A stretch of 64,000 nucleotides of DNA, taken from contig CAYNFP010000001.1 in assembly GCA_964396655.1 (NCBI GenBank), forward strand, positions 70,773-134,772, given 5' to 3'. The notes beneath the pieces are model-generated. The model made no database searches. It saw only the letters and a program-made list of their open reading frames with translations, and was not told where the DNA came from. Shown here piece by piece: positions 19,173 through 29,169 of the stretch. The first letter of the stretch is position 1; each line of letters starts with the position of its first letter. The DNA is from an uncultured Muribaculaceae bacterium (GTDB lineage Bacteria; Bacillota_I; Bacilli_A; RF39; UBA660). Position numbers and translations under genes: made by a program.

Positions 19173-20027
19173 ATGGGAACTGCAATAAAAAAAATAGTAG
19201 TAATTGGAGGAGATATTAGATATTTATATTTAATAAAAAAATTTAAAGAGAACGGTTTTGATGTTGATTTATTAGGTTATGAAAAAACTATTATAGACGC
19301 TAATAAAATAACAATAGATGAATTAAATATAAGTAATTATGATTTTATATTATTTCCAGTATCAAGCATTAATGATGAAGGTACAGTTAAAGCCGAATTT
19401 AGTGATAAAGTAATCAATATATCTAATATTAATTTTAATCTAAAAGATAATGCCTATGTTATTACTGGTATTAAAACAAAATTTATGGAAAAATTAAATC
19501 TTAAAAATGTAATTTATTTTATGGAAGATGATGATACCGCTATATATAATTCAGTAGCTACAGCAGAAGGAGTAATTATGAAGATAATAGAAAATACTGA
19601 TTATACAATATATGGCTCTAATATTTTAGTGTTAGGATATGGCAGATGTGGTGAAATAATAGCTCGTTATCTAAAAAGTTTAGGAGCTAAAATATCGGTT
19701 TTAGTAAGAGATAATAAAAAATATGCTGAAACTGAAATACTTGGATATATTCCATATAAGACAAATGAATTAATTAAACATTTAGGGGAATTTAATATAA
19801 TTATTAATACTGTTCCTGATTTGATTTTAGATAAAGAAAAAATTGATTTAATAGATTCTAATGCTTATCTTTTAGATATTGCGTCTGTTAATGGTTTTGA
19901 TATCGAATATGCAAAAGAAAAAAATATCAAAGTTGAAAGATTTATGAGTATACCAGCGGTTGTTGCTCCTTTATCTGCTGCTCCAATAATTTTTAATAAA
20001 ATAAAAGAGGTGATTTTTAATGATTAA
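19173..20027 (+). CDS. dpaA: dipicolinate synthase subunit A
   Basis: VIGGDxR, NSVATAEG, VLGYGRCG, IINTVP, DIAS. Confidence 0.9.
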   Translation: MGTAIKKIVVIGGDIRYLYLIKKFKENGFDVDLLGYEKTIIDANKITIDELNISNYDFILFPVSSINDEGTVKAEFSDKVINISNINFNLKDNAYVITGIKTKFMEKLNLKNVIYFMEDDDTAIYNSVATAEGVIMKIIENTDYTIYGSNILVLGYGRCGEIIARYLKSLGAKISVLVRDNKKYAETEILGYIPYKTNELIKHLGEFNIIINTVPDLILDKEKIDLIDSNAYLLDIASVNGFDIEYAKEKNIKVERFMSIPAVVAPLSAAPIIFNKIKEVIFND

Positions 20028-20592
20028 GATAGGTTTTGGTATAACCGGATCATTTTGTATGTTTGAAAAAGTGTTAAAGGGTTTAAAAGAATTAGTTGAT
20101 AATGATTATGATATATATCCTGTTGTTACTTTTAATACTAATAATATTAGTACGCGTTTTGGTAGTAATAAAGAATTTATTCAAAAGATTGAAGATATAA
20201 CAGGTAAAAAAGTGGTAAACACAATTGAAGGAGCAGAAACATTTGGTTCTAATAAAATGGATGTTTTTGTAATAATGCCAGCTACTGGTAACTTTATTGG
20301 AAAAATGGCTAATGGAATCATTGATAACCCTGTATTAATGGCAGCTAAAGCAACACTTAGAAATAATAATCCATTGTTAATAGGAATTTCTAGTAATGAT
20401 TCTTTAGGTTTAAATGGTGTTAATATTATGAAATTATATAATACAAAAAATATTTTCTTTATTCCTTTTTCTCAAGATGATTGTCTAAATAAACCAAATT
20501 CTTTAATAAGTCATTTTGATTTATTAATAGAATCTTTAAAAAAAGCTTTAGTTAAAGAACAGTTGCAGCCAATTATTAGAGAAAAGAAATAA
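20020..20592 (+). CDS. dpaB: dipicolinate synthase subunit B
   Basis: GFGITGSFC, TRFG, MAAKATLRN, IPFSQDD..KPNSL, QLQPI. Confidence 0.93.
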   Translation: MIKIGFGITGSFCMFEKVLKGLKELVDNDYDIYPVVTFNTNNISTRFGSNKEFIQKIEDITGKKVVNTIEGAETFGSNKMDVFVIMPATGNFIGKMANGIIDNPVLMAAKATLRNNNPLLIGISSNDSLGLNGVNIMKLYNTKNIFFIPFSQDDCLNKPNSLISHFDLLIESLKKALVKEQLQPIIREKK

Positions 20593-20605
20593 GGAGGTGA
20601 TATAA

Positions 20606-21448
20606 ATGAAAATGTTAACCGCTATAATAACGCCTTTTAATGACGATAAAAAAGTTGATTATAAGGAATTATCAAAAATAGTAGATTATTTAATAGAAAA
20701 TAAAACGGATGGTTTGGTTGTACTAGGTACAACTGGAGAAAATCCAACATTAACTGAAAAAGAAAAAATAAAAATCGTTAAAAAAGTTATTAAAGTAAAT
20801 AAAAAAAGAGTTCCTATAATTGTTAATGTAGGAACTAATAATACTAAAGAAACGGTTATGTTTGCTAAAAAAATATGTAAACTAAATATATATGGTTTAA
20901 TGGTAGTAACTCCTTATTATAATAAACCTACAGAAAGGGGTTTATATGCTCATTATAAAGAAATAAATGATAATGTTAATAAACCAATTATGATATATAA
21001 TGTACCAAGTAGAACAGGTGTTAATATGACTAGTGATACAATTATAAAATTATCTGAATTAAAAAATATAAAAATGCTTAAATATGCTTATGATTCTAAA
21101 GAAGAGGTAAAAAAAATAGTAGAAAATTCTGATATTGAAGTATATAGTGGAGATGATGGAAATGTACTAAATTTTATGGAAGTTGGTGCTTTAGGAGTTG
21201 TGTCAGTATTATCTCATGTAATAGGTAAAGAATTTTATGATATTATTGAAAATAATGATAGAGAGAAATTAGATAAATATAAAGATTTAATAAAATTATT
21301 ATTTAAAGAATCAAACCCTATGCCAGTTAAATATATGATGAGTAAGTTAGGTTTTAAAAGTATGAATTTGAGGTTACCATTAGTAGAGATAAGTAATAGT
21401 CTAAAAAAAGAAATAGATGATTATTTTGAAAATAATATTATTATATAG
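20606..21448 (+). CDS. dapA: 4-hydroxy-tetrahydrodipicolinate synthase
   Basis: GTTGE, TPYYNKP, YNVPSRTG, YSGDD, NPMPVK. Confidence 0.95.
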   Translation: MKMLTAIITPFNDDKKVDYKELSKIVDYLIENKTDGLVVLGTTGENPTLTEKEKIKIVKKVIKVNKKRVPIIVNVGTNNTKETVMFAKKICKLNIYGLMVVTPYYNKPTERGLYAHYKEINDNVNKPIMIYNVPSRTGVNMTSDTIIKLSELKNIKMLKYAYDSKEEVKKIVENSDIEVYSGDDGNVLNFMEVGALGVVSVLSHVIGKEFYDIIENNDREKLDKYKDLIKLLFKESNPMPVKYMMSKLGFKSMNLRLPLVEISNSLKKEIDDYFENNIII

Positions 21449-21506
21449 AGGATATTCCTCTATATTTTTTTAAGACCTTCATAAAATACAATGTGGAGAT
21501 GATTAT

Positions 21507-23327
21507 ATGTGTGGCTTTGCAGGAATAGTTAACAACAGCAAAAATATAAAAAATAATAAAAAAGTAATAAGAAAAATGGTTAAAACTTTATCTCATAGAG
21601 GTCCTGATTCAACGGGATATTATTTTAACAATCATATTTTATTGGGGCATAAAAGATTAGCAATTATTGATATAGAAAAAGGTAAACAACCAATGTATTA
21701 TAAAAATTATGTTATTGTTTATAATGGAGAGTTATATAATACTGATGATATTAGAAATGGTTTAATAAAATTGGGATACACTTTTGATACTAAATGTGAT
21801 ACTGAAGTGGTTTTAAAAGCATATGTTCAATATAAAGAAAAAGCTTTAGATTTGTTAGAAGGTATTTATGCTTTTGCGATTTATGATGGTAAAAATCTGT
21901 TTATGGCAAGAGATAGATTAGGAGTAAAACCAATATTTTATTCAAAAGTAAAAAATAACTTTATTTTTGGATCGGAAATAAAATCAATATTAAAAAGTGA
22001 TTTAGTAAAACCAATTATTAATAAAAAATCACTTCAAGAAATTTTTGCTCTTGGTCCATCTAAAATACCAGGAAGTGGAATATTTAAAGATATCTATGAA
22101 TTAAAACCTGCTCATTATTTAATATACACTAATAATAAATTTAAAATAAAAAGATATTGGAATGTAGCTGATAAACAATTTAATGATACTTTTGAAGATA
22201 CAGTCAAAAATGTTAGAACTTTATTAGATGCTGCAATAAAAAGACAAATGATATCTGATATTGATATAGCAACTTTATTGAGTGGGGGATTAGATTCAAG
22301 TATTATTACTGCGGTTGTTAGTAACGAAATGCAAAAAGAAAATAAAAAACTTATTTCTTATTCAATTGATTATGAAGATAATAATAAATATTTTATTAAA
22401 AATGATTTTCAGGTTTCAGAAGATAATTATTATATTAATCTAATGACTACTAAATTTAATATTGATCATCAATATAAAATAATAAGTCAAGAAGAATTGG
22501 CAGATTCTTTAAAAGAAGGTATAAAGGCTAGAGATATTCCTGGTATGGCAGATATTGACTCATCACTTTATTTATTTAGTAAAGAAATAAAGAAAAATCA
22601 TACTGTAATATTAAGTGGTGAATGTGCAGATGAAATCTTTGGGGGATATCCCTGGTTTTATAAAGAAGAATTATTAAAAAGAAAAGGTTTTCCTTGGATA
22701 AGTAGTTTAAAGATGAGAAATGATTTACTAAATCCCAAATTAAAAAAAATATTAAAATTAGAAAAATTTGCTTTAAATGAGTATAAAAGAACCTTAAAAG
22801 AAGTGCCAAAGTCATTAAATAAAAAAGAACAAAAATATAAAGATTTATTTTATATTAACATGATATGGTTTATGGCAACTCTATTAGATAGGAAAGACAG
22901 AATGACTATGTATGCTTCGGTTGAAGCGAGAGTTCCCTTTGCTGATCATAAATTGATTGAATATTTATGGAATGTACCTTGGGAATATAAATTTTATCAA
23001 AATCAAGAAAAAGGGTTATTAAGAGAAGCTTATAAAGAATTATTACCAATTGAAATAACTAATAGAAAGAAAAATCCTTATCCTAAAACACATAATCCAA
23101 TATATACTAATTTAGTATGTAATTTATTAACTAAAAGTCTTAAAGATAAAGATTCTATTTTATATAAAATATTTGATATAAATAAAATAAAAGAATTAAT
23201 TAATACTAAAGGTGATAACTTTAAAACTCCTTGGTTTGGCCAATTAATGACTGGTCCTCAGTTAATTGCATATTTATATCAATTTGATATTTGGGCTAAA
23301 AAATATAAAGTTATATTAAAAATATAA
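21507..23327 (+). CDS. asnB: asparagine synthase (glutamine-hydrolysing), AsnO-like
   Basis: MCGF, HRGPD, YNGELYN, LSGGLDSS, SGECADEIFGGY, PWFGQLM. Confidence 0.93.
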   Translation: MCGFAGIVNNSKNIKNNKKVIRKMVKTLSHRGPDSTGYYFNNHILLGHKRLAIIDIEKGKQPMYYKNYVIVYNGELYNTDDIRNGLIKLGYTFDTKCDTEVVLKAYVQYKEKALDLLEGIYAFAIYDGKNLFMARDRLGVKPIFYSKVKNNFIFGSEIKSILKSDLVKPIINKKSLQEIFALGPSKIPGSGIFKDIYELKPAHYLIYTNNKFKIKRYWNVADKQFNDTFEDTVKNVRTLLDAAIKRQMISDIDIATLLSGGLDSSIITAVVSNEMQKENKKLISYSIDYEDNNKYFIKNDFQVSEDNYYINLMTTKFNIDHQYKIISQEELADSLKEGIKARDIPGMADIDSSLYLFSKEIKKNHTVILSGECADEIFGGYPWFYKEELLKRKGFPWISSLKMRNDLLNPKLKKILKLEKFALNEYKRTLKEVPKSLNKKEQKYKDLFYINMIWFMATLLDRKDRMTMYASVEARVPFADHKLIEYLWNVPWEYKFYQNQEKGLLREAYKELLPIEITNRKKNPYPKTHNPIYTNLVCNLLTKSLKDKDSILYKIFDINKIKELINTKGDNFKTPWFGQLMTGPQLIAYLYQFDIWAKKYKVILKI

Positions 23328-23384
23328 TTTTTTTTATTTTAAAATATATATTTAAAATGTTAAAATATAATTGGAGATGATTTT

Positions 23385-24188
23385 ATGATATATTATGAAA
23401 AAAATATTTTTAATAGAATTAACAAATGGTCTGATAACACAATTCATATATTAACAGATTTTGATAAAACAATTACAGTTGGAAATAGTGATAGTTCTTG
23501 GAGTATTTTATCAAAAAGCAACTTAGTTCCAAAGGAGTATGTAATAGAAAGACAAGAATTATTTAATCATTACAGACCAATAGAGACAGATGAAACTTTA
23601 AATTATGCTGAAAAAAACCAACTAATGACAGAATGGTGGAATAAACATATTAATTTGTTTGTAAAATATAAATTGTCAGAAACAGTTATTATTGAAGCAG
23701 CTAAAAATTTAAAAGTCATGTCATTTAGAGAAGGCGCAAAAGAATTTTTGGAAAACATGAGGAATAGAAATATCCCAGTAATTATTATTTCTGCCGGAAT
23801 CGGAAATTTTATAGAACAATTTCTAATAAAAAATAATTGTAATTTTGAAAATATTCATATTGTTTCAAATTTTATAAAATTTGAAAATGGTATTGCTGTT
23901 GGAGTATCTGAAAATGTAATACATTCACTAAATAAGAACGAAGTATCAATACCAAAGAATATTCAAGAAGAACTTAAGGATAGAGGAAATATAATTTTAT
24001 TGGGTGATTCAATTTCTGATATTAAAATGGTTAAGGAAAAAGATAAAGATAATGCACTAAAAATAGGTTTTTTAGATGAAAATATAGATGAGAAGTTAAA
24101 TGATTTTAAAGATATTTTTGATGTTGTTTGTACTAATAATACATCTTATATAGAATTATTTAATGAAATTTCTATTTTAAATAAATAA
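23385..24188 (+). CDS. HAD hydrolase, pyrimidine 5'-nucleotidase (cN-III/UMPH-1)-like
   Basis: TDFDKTIT, MTEWW, ISAGIG, IVSNF, IHSLNK, LLGDSISD, LKIGFL. Confidence 0.8.
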   Translation: MIYYEKNIFNRINKWSDNTIHILTDFDKTITVGNSDSSWSILSKSNLVPKEYVIERQELFNHYRPIETDETLNYAEKNQLMTEWWNKHINLFVKYKLSETVIIEAAKNLKVMSFREGAKEFLENMRNRNIPVIIISAGIGNFIEQFLIKNNCNFENIHIVSNFIKFENGIAVGVSENVIHSLNKNEVSIPKNIQEELKDRGNIILLGDSISDIKMVKEKDKDNALKIGFLDENIDEKLNDFKDIFDVVCTNNTSYIELFNEISILNK

Positions 24189-24220
24189 AATTAAAACAAG
24201 AATTATTTCTTGTTTTTTCT

Positions 24221-24697
24221 TTATAATTTATTTTCATGAGGATTAACTTGTTCTAATTTTAATGAAAGTGGACACATATATAAATTATTTGCTTGAGGAT
24301 TATCTGAATAAGGAATGCCAACAACTTCAAATCCGTTTTTTAAAAGAGTTTTGTGTGAAGATAAATTATACCCTCTTGCATGTGCATACATACATTTAAA
24401 GTCAGCATATTTCTCTTTAGCCGCTGTTAATAAACTTGAACATATTCCTCTTTTTCTATAATTTTCATCAACAGCCATTTGATAAACATAAGGTTCAGAC
24501 TCAGCCATAACAATTGATAAATAACCAACTACTTTACCGTCCTCAATAGCCAAAAATAAGTTTTGAGAATGTTTTGTAAGCCCCAAATAATTAAGAGTTC
24601 CACCATTACTTCTATAATTGGCTTCAGCTATTTCTTCACATTCTTTACAATATTTTACAAATTTCAAATCACATTTATTAGTTATTTTTATTTCCAT
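24221..24697 (-). CDS. GNAT acetyltransferase
   Basis: MAVDENYRKRGICSSLL; N.SS...LLKNGF. Confidence 0.85.
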   Translation of the reverse strand: MEIKITNKCDLKFVKYCKECEEIAEANYRSNGGTLNYLGLTKHSQNLFLAIEDGKVVGYLSIVMAESEPYVYQMAVDENYRKRGICSSLLTAAKEKYADFKCMYAHARGYNLSSHKTLLKNGFEVVGIPYSDNPQANNLYMCPLSLKLEQVNPHENKL

Positions 24698-24808
24698 ATA
24701 TAAAACTCCTTTTCTTAAATTATATCATATTTTTAATAAACAAAAAAATTTATAAAATTTATTATGTTATAATAAAATATATAGTTATTATAAATTTTGG
24801 AGGTTAAA

Positions 24809-25297
24809 ATGGTTATTAATTATTCTGATGAAGAAGTTATTAAAGGTAAAAAGTCTGTATTTCTTGCTGGACCAACACCAAGAGGTGAAAATGCTGTCTC
24901 ATGGAGAACTGAGGCTTGTGAAATATTAGAAGAAATAGGTTTTGATGGAGTCATTTATGTACCAGAATATTCAACTTGGAAACCCAAAGAAGATTATGTT
25001 GATCAAGCAATGTGGGAAAGAGAAGCATTAACTGAAGCAACAATAATATTATTTTGGATACCACGAAGTTTGCCTGATATGCCCGCATTTACAACTAACG
25101 TTGAATTTGGATACTGGTTACATAGTGGTAAAGTTATTTATGGTAGACCGGATAATGCTGTAAAAATAAAATATTTAGATTGGTTATATGAATTAGAATA
25201 TAATGAAAAACCAATTAATGATTTAAAATTATTATTAGAAAATGCTATTAATTTGACAAATGAAAAAAGTCAAAATCGAAGAATAAGGAATACTTAA
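24809..25297 (+). CDS. nucleoside 2-deoxyribosyltransferase-like protein
   Basis: VFLAGPTPR, SWR, QAMWE, FWIPR, TNVEFG; ATG at 24809 after GGAGG. Confidence 0.8.
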   Translation: MVINYSDEEVIKGKKSVFLAGPTPRGENAVSWRTEACEILEEIGFDGVIYVPEYSTWKPKEDYVDQAMWEREALTEATIILFWIPRSLPDMPAFTTNVEFGYWLHSGKVIYGRPDNAVKIKYLDWLYELEYNEKPINDLKLLLENAINLTNEKSQNRRIRNT

Positions 25298-25314
25298 AAT
25301 ATTGGAGTGTTTAT

Positions 25315-25986
25315 ATGATAAAAAATATTATATTTGATGTTGGAGGAGTCCTTGCTAATCCTAAAAGTGGTCATTGGTTTATTACTAATAATTTTTATTC
25401 TATAATAGATAAAAATTTAATTAATGAAGATAAATTAAATATGTGTTTAAAAGATAATCTTTATTTACATACTCAAGAACCCAAAAATGAAAAAGAAGAA
25501 TATGAAATGTTTTCAAATTATTATTATAAAGTTTTATCTGATATTAATTATCCTAATTTAAATAGAGAGATAGCTAATAAACTTGCTAATGATTGTGTAT
25601 ACAATGATGAAAAGTTTACATTTTATAATGATGTAAAAGAAAGTCTTGAGCGTTTATCTAAAAAATATGATTTATATATTATATCAAATGGATGGCCTTC
25701 ATCATTAAGAGTGTTACATAACGTTGGCATAGATAAATATTTTAAAGGAATAATTATATCTTCAATGTATTCAACTACAAAAGAAGAAAGTTTATTCGAT
25801 ATATTTTTGGAAAAATATAAAGTAAATCCAAAAGAAAGTATTTATATAGATGATAGAAATCATATATTACAAAAAGCAAATAAATATGGTTTCAAATTAT
25901 TTTATATGAATAGAAAAAATAAAATTAAATCTTTTATATTTAAAACAATTTATAATTTAAACCAATTAATTAAATCTAGTAATTAA
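25315..25986 (+). CDS. HAD-family hydrolase
   Basis: IIFDVGGVL, IISN, YIDDR. Confidence 0.85.
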   Translation: MIKNIIFDVGGVLANPKSGHWFITNNFYSIIDKNLINEDKLNMCLKDNLYLHTQEPKNEKEEYEMFSNYYYKVLSDINYPNLNREIANKLANDCVYNDEKFTFYNDVKESLERLSKKYDLYIISNGWPSSLRVLHNVGIDKYFKGIIISSMYSTTKEESLFDIFLEKYKVNPKESIYIDDRNHILQKANKYGFKLFYMNRKNKIKSFIFKTIYNLNQLIKSSN

Positions 25987-26064
25987 ATTAACTAGATTTT
26001 TTTTGTTATAAATATTTTATTAATATAAGATTAAATATAAAAATTTTGAACAGACTAGTTTTAG

Positions 26065-27549
26065 GTGATTAATGTGAAATCTATTTGGATGAAAGATTAT
26101 GTAAACAAAAATTTACCAATTATAAATAAAAACTTAGATACTCCAATTTTGATAATAGGTGGTGGAATATCTGGATTAATATGTGCCTACAATTTAATGA
26201 AAAATAACATTAAATTTATTTTAGTTGATGCAAATAAATTAGCTATTGGAGTTACTGCTAATACAACTGCGCAAGTTAGTATAGCTCATGATAATTTATA
26301 TGATGAAATATCAAAAAAACACGGAGAGGAAGCGGCTATATCATATTTAGAATCACAAATGGAAGGATTAAATTTAATAAAAGAAATAATAAAAAAAGAA
26401 AATATAAATTGTGATTATAAAGAAGAAAGTACAATACTATGCGCAAATGAGGAAAAAAATATTGAAGTAATAAATAAACAATATGATATTCTTGAAGATG
26501 CTAACGTAAAACTGTTGAATTCAAATAATGATGTTTTTCCTTTTAAAAAAGGCCTTGAGTTTAAAAATCAATTTATATTTAATCCTATAAAATATGTTAT
26601 GAATATTATAGATATATTAATAAAAAATAAAATATCTTTATATGAAAATTCTAAAGTAACTAAAATTAATAAGTTAGAAAATGTTTATGAAGTAATAATA
26701 AATGGTAAATATAAAATAAATACTAATAAAATAATTATGGCTTGTCATTATCCTTTTTTGAATCCTGATAATTTATATTTTGCTAAAATATATCAAAGTA
26801 AATCGTATGTAGTTACTTTTAAATCAAAATTAAAATTAAAAGCTAATTATGTATCTTTAGATAATCCTTATTATTATATTAGAACATATGATGATTCAAC
26901 CTTAATGATAGGAGGTTGTGATCATTTAACTGGAAAAGAAGTTAAAGGAAAAGAATGCTATGATACATTAATAAATAAAATATATGAATTAGATAAAAGT
27001 GCGGTAATACGTGATAAATGGTTTACAGAAGATTGTATGGTTATTGACTCTCTTCCTTTTGTGGGAAAATATTCAAACAAAAACCCTAATATAATTTTAG
27101 TTACAGGATTTCAAAAATGGGGTTTTACAAATGCTCATATTGCGGCTAAAAATATTACAAATATTCTTAAAGAAAATAATTATGATAATCTTTATAAAAC
27201 AAATAGATGTTCATTATTTAAAGGTTTAAAATCAACTTTTAAAATGGTAGATAATAGTATAAATGGTTTATTATTAAGTAAACTATTTATTAAAGATTTT
27301 GATTTAGACAAAATAGAAATTGGTAGTGGAAAAGTTACAAATTATAAAGGTATAAATGTATTAGTGTATAGAGAAGGTAAAAATAAATATATATTTTTAA
27401 AAAATAAATGTACTCATATGGGATGCTCTTTAATATGGAATGATGCTGATAAAGTATGGGAATCTAAATGCCATGGCTCAATTTTTGATAAATATGGAAA
27501 AGTTATATATGGCCCCGCCATAAAAGATTTAGAAATAATTAAATTTTAA
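26065..27549 (+). CDS. FAD-dependent oxidoreductase with C-terminal Rieske-like domain (YhfW-like)
   Basis: IGGGISG, TGFQKWG, CTHMGC...CHGS..D..G..I.GPA. Confidence 0.88.
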   Translation: MINVKSIWMKDYVNKNLPIINKNLDTPILIIGGGISGLICAYNLMKNNIKFILVDANKLAIGVTANTTAQVSIAHDNLYDEISKKHGEEAAISYLESQMEGLNLIKEIIKKENINCDYKEESTILCANEEKNIEVINKQYDILEDANVKLLNSNNDVFPFKKGLEFKNQFIFNPIKYVMNIIDILIKNKISLYENSKVTKINKLENVYEVIINGKYKINTNKIIMACHYPFLNPDNLYFAKIYQSKSYVVTFKSKLKLKANYVSLDNPYYYIRTYDDSTLMIGGCDHLTGKEVKGKECYDTLINKIYELDKSAVIRDKWFTEDCMVIDSLPFVGKYSNKNPNIILVTGFQKWGFTNAHIAAKNITNILKENNYDNLYKTNRCSLFKGLKSTFKMVDNSINGLLLSKLFIKDFDLDKIEIGSGKVTNYKGINVLVYREGKNKYIFLKNKCTHMGCSLIWNDADKVWESKCHGSIFDKYGKVIYGPAIKDLEIIKF

Positions 27550-27574
27550 AAAAAGCACTTCAAAGTGCTTTTTT
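27548..27574. terminator. bidirectional terminator
   Basis: A-run-GCACTT-CA-AAGTGC-T-run between convergent genes. Confidence 0.75.
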
Positions 27575-27579
27575 AACTT

Positions 27580-28119
27580 TTATGTTAAAGTTATTTCACC
27601 AGTTCCAATTGGTAATCCATCATAGTTAACATCAGTTAAATTTACAGTCCTATTTGCTGCTGGAGTATTTTCCACTTCAACTGTTTTTGTACTTGTTGTT
27701 AATGAGGTACTCGTTAATGTAGAAACAAATTCATGATCTCCATCTGATTGAGTCTGTTTATAATATACGAGTGGTGCATCAGTGTCAGCATAAGGTACAT
27801 AACCAAAATCTGCATCACCATTTTCATCTGTTGTTATTTCATCTCCATAAGTTGTTCCGGCAGAATCACAACGCGCAAATTTGGCTCCTACTACTGCAGT
27901 TCCTTCAGATGTTCCATCTTCTGTTACGTGCATAGTTAATGTACCGGTAGCGGCTATTGTAAAGTCATAAGTATTAACACCTTCTGTTATTGTTGGATTA
28001 ATTGGTAATACCGATAAGTTGTTGTAACCATTAACAGAAGCAGTTGTATCATAACTTCCATTAACCATTGCTTTTGTTCCGGTACCGTTTGTTATATTTA
28101 TTACATATGGCGCGGCCAT
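27580..28119 (-). CDS. Thr-rich beta-sandwich protein (SpaA/Cna-like repeat)
   Basis: GTAVVGAKF, ITTDENGDADF, YYKQTQ; no signal peptide; AAAGGAG RBS. Confidence 0.7.
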   Translation of the reverse strand: MAAPYVINITNGTGTKAMVNGSYDTTASVNGYNNLSVLPINPTITEGVNTYDFTIAATGTLTMHVTEDGTSEGTAVVGAKFARCDSAGTTYGDEITTDENGDADFGYVPYADTDAPLVYYKQTQSDGDHEFVSTLTSTSLTTSTKTVEVENTPAANRTVNLTDVNYDGLPIGTGEITLT

Positions 28120-28484
28120 AATAAAATTTCTCCTTTCAATATTGATAGATTATTATAATTTTTATCTATCAATTTAAAGGTAATTTGGTGTGAGGCAGTA
28201 TAAAAATATTTATAAAAATCAAAATATAAAATATTTGAAGTATTTATTTTTAATTTCAATACTTTGAAAATAATCATAGGTAATAATTTATCATTTGTTT
28301 TTACAATAATTTTATATAAACCCGTACAAGGTATTTTAAAATCAACTATTTCATTTGAAAAAATATACTTGTTTAAAATTAAATTATCTTTTGTATCATA
28401 TACTTTTACATAAAAATTAAATGTATTTATACTATTAAAAACTCTACATTTAATTTTATTATTATTCATTAATATCACATCCAA
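28101..28484 (-). CDS. hypothetical protein
   Basis: Overlaps the start of the downstream gene; C-terminus resembles that gene's C-terminus (L.D.NY..L.I..GEI.L). Confidence 0.55.
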   Translation of the reverse strand: MDVILMNNNKIKCRVFNSINTFNFYVKVYDTKDNLILNKYIFSNEIVDFKIPCTGLYKIIVKTNDKLLPMIIFKVLKLKINTSNILYFDFYKYFYTASHQITFKLIDKNYNNLSILKGEILLWPRHM

Positions 28485-28629
28485 TTACCATTTATTATAT
28501 TTTATGAATTATAAAAAAACGAATTATTATAAATAAATTATATTAAATTGAAAAAAGTAAAAAAAAATTGTATAATTAATGCAATAAAATAAGCTTCTAA
28601 AACGTTATTTTATTGTAAGAGGTGATAAT

Positions 28630-29169
28630 ATGAAGTTAATTAATTTATCGTTAATATCCGGAATTGATGATTCATTAATTAATAGAATTGCAAAAGAAGA
28701 TAGTAAAGCTTTTGGAGAACTTTATATTAAAACCAAAAAAGTAGTTTTCAGTATTGCTTTTTCTATAACAAAATCTCCTAGTGATTCAGAAGATATAACT
28801 CAAGAAGTTTTTATAAGAATTATGGAAAATGCAAAAAATTATCAAAATAATGGAAAACCTCTTGCGTGGATTTATACAATTACTAGGAACTTAGCAATAT
28901 CAAATATTAGGAAAAATCAAAATAAAATAGACATAAATGATATTGATAATGATATAAGATTTTCTAGTATTGAAGATCCAACGGACAAGCTTATTTTAAA
29001 ATCAGCGCTGGAAATATTATCTGAAGAAGAACTCAATATAGTTTTACTACACAATTCTGGAGTTAAGCATAAAGAAATAAGTCAAATTCTGGAAATGCCA
29101 CTATCTACAATTTTATCAAAATATAACAGATCATTAACAAAAATGAAAAATTTTTTGAATGAAAGATAA
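28630..29169 (+). CDS. ECF RNA polymerase sigma factor
   Basis: AFGELY, SEDITQEVF, WIYTITRN, HKEISQILEMPLSTI. Confidence 0.92.
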   Translation: MKLINLSLISGIDDSLINRIAKEDSKAFGELYIKTKKVVFSIAFSITKSPSDSEDITQEVFIRIMENAKNYQNNGKPLAWIYTITRNLAISNIRKNQNKIDINDIDNDIRFSSIEDPTDKLILKSALEILSEEELNIVLLHNSGVKHKEISQILEMPLSTILSKYNRSLTKMKNFLNER

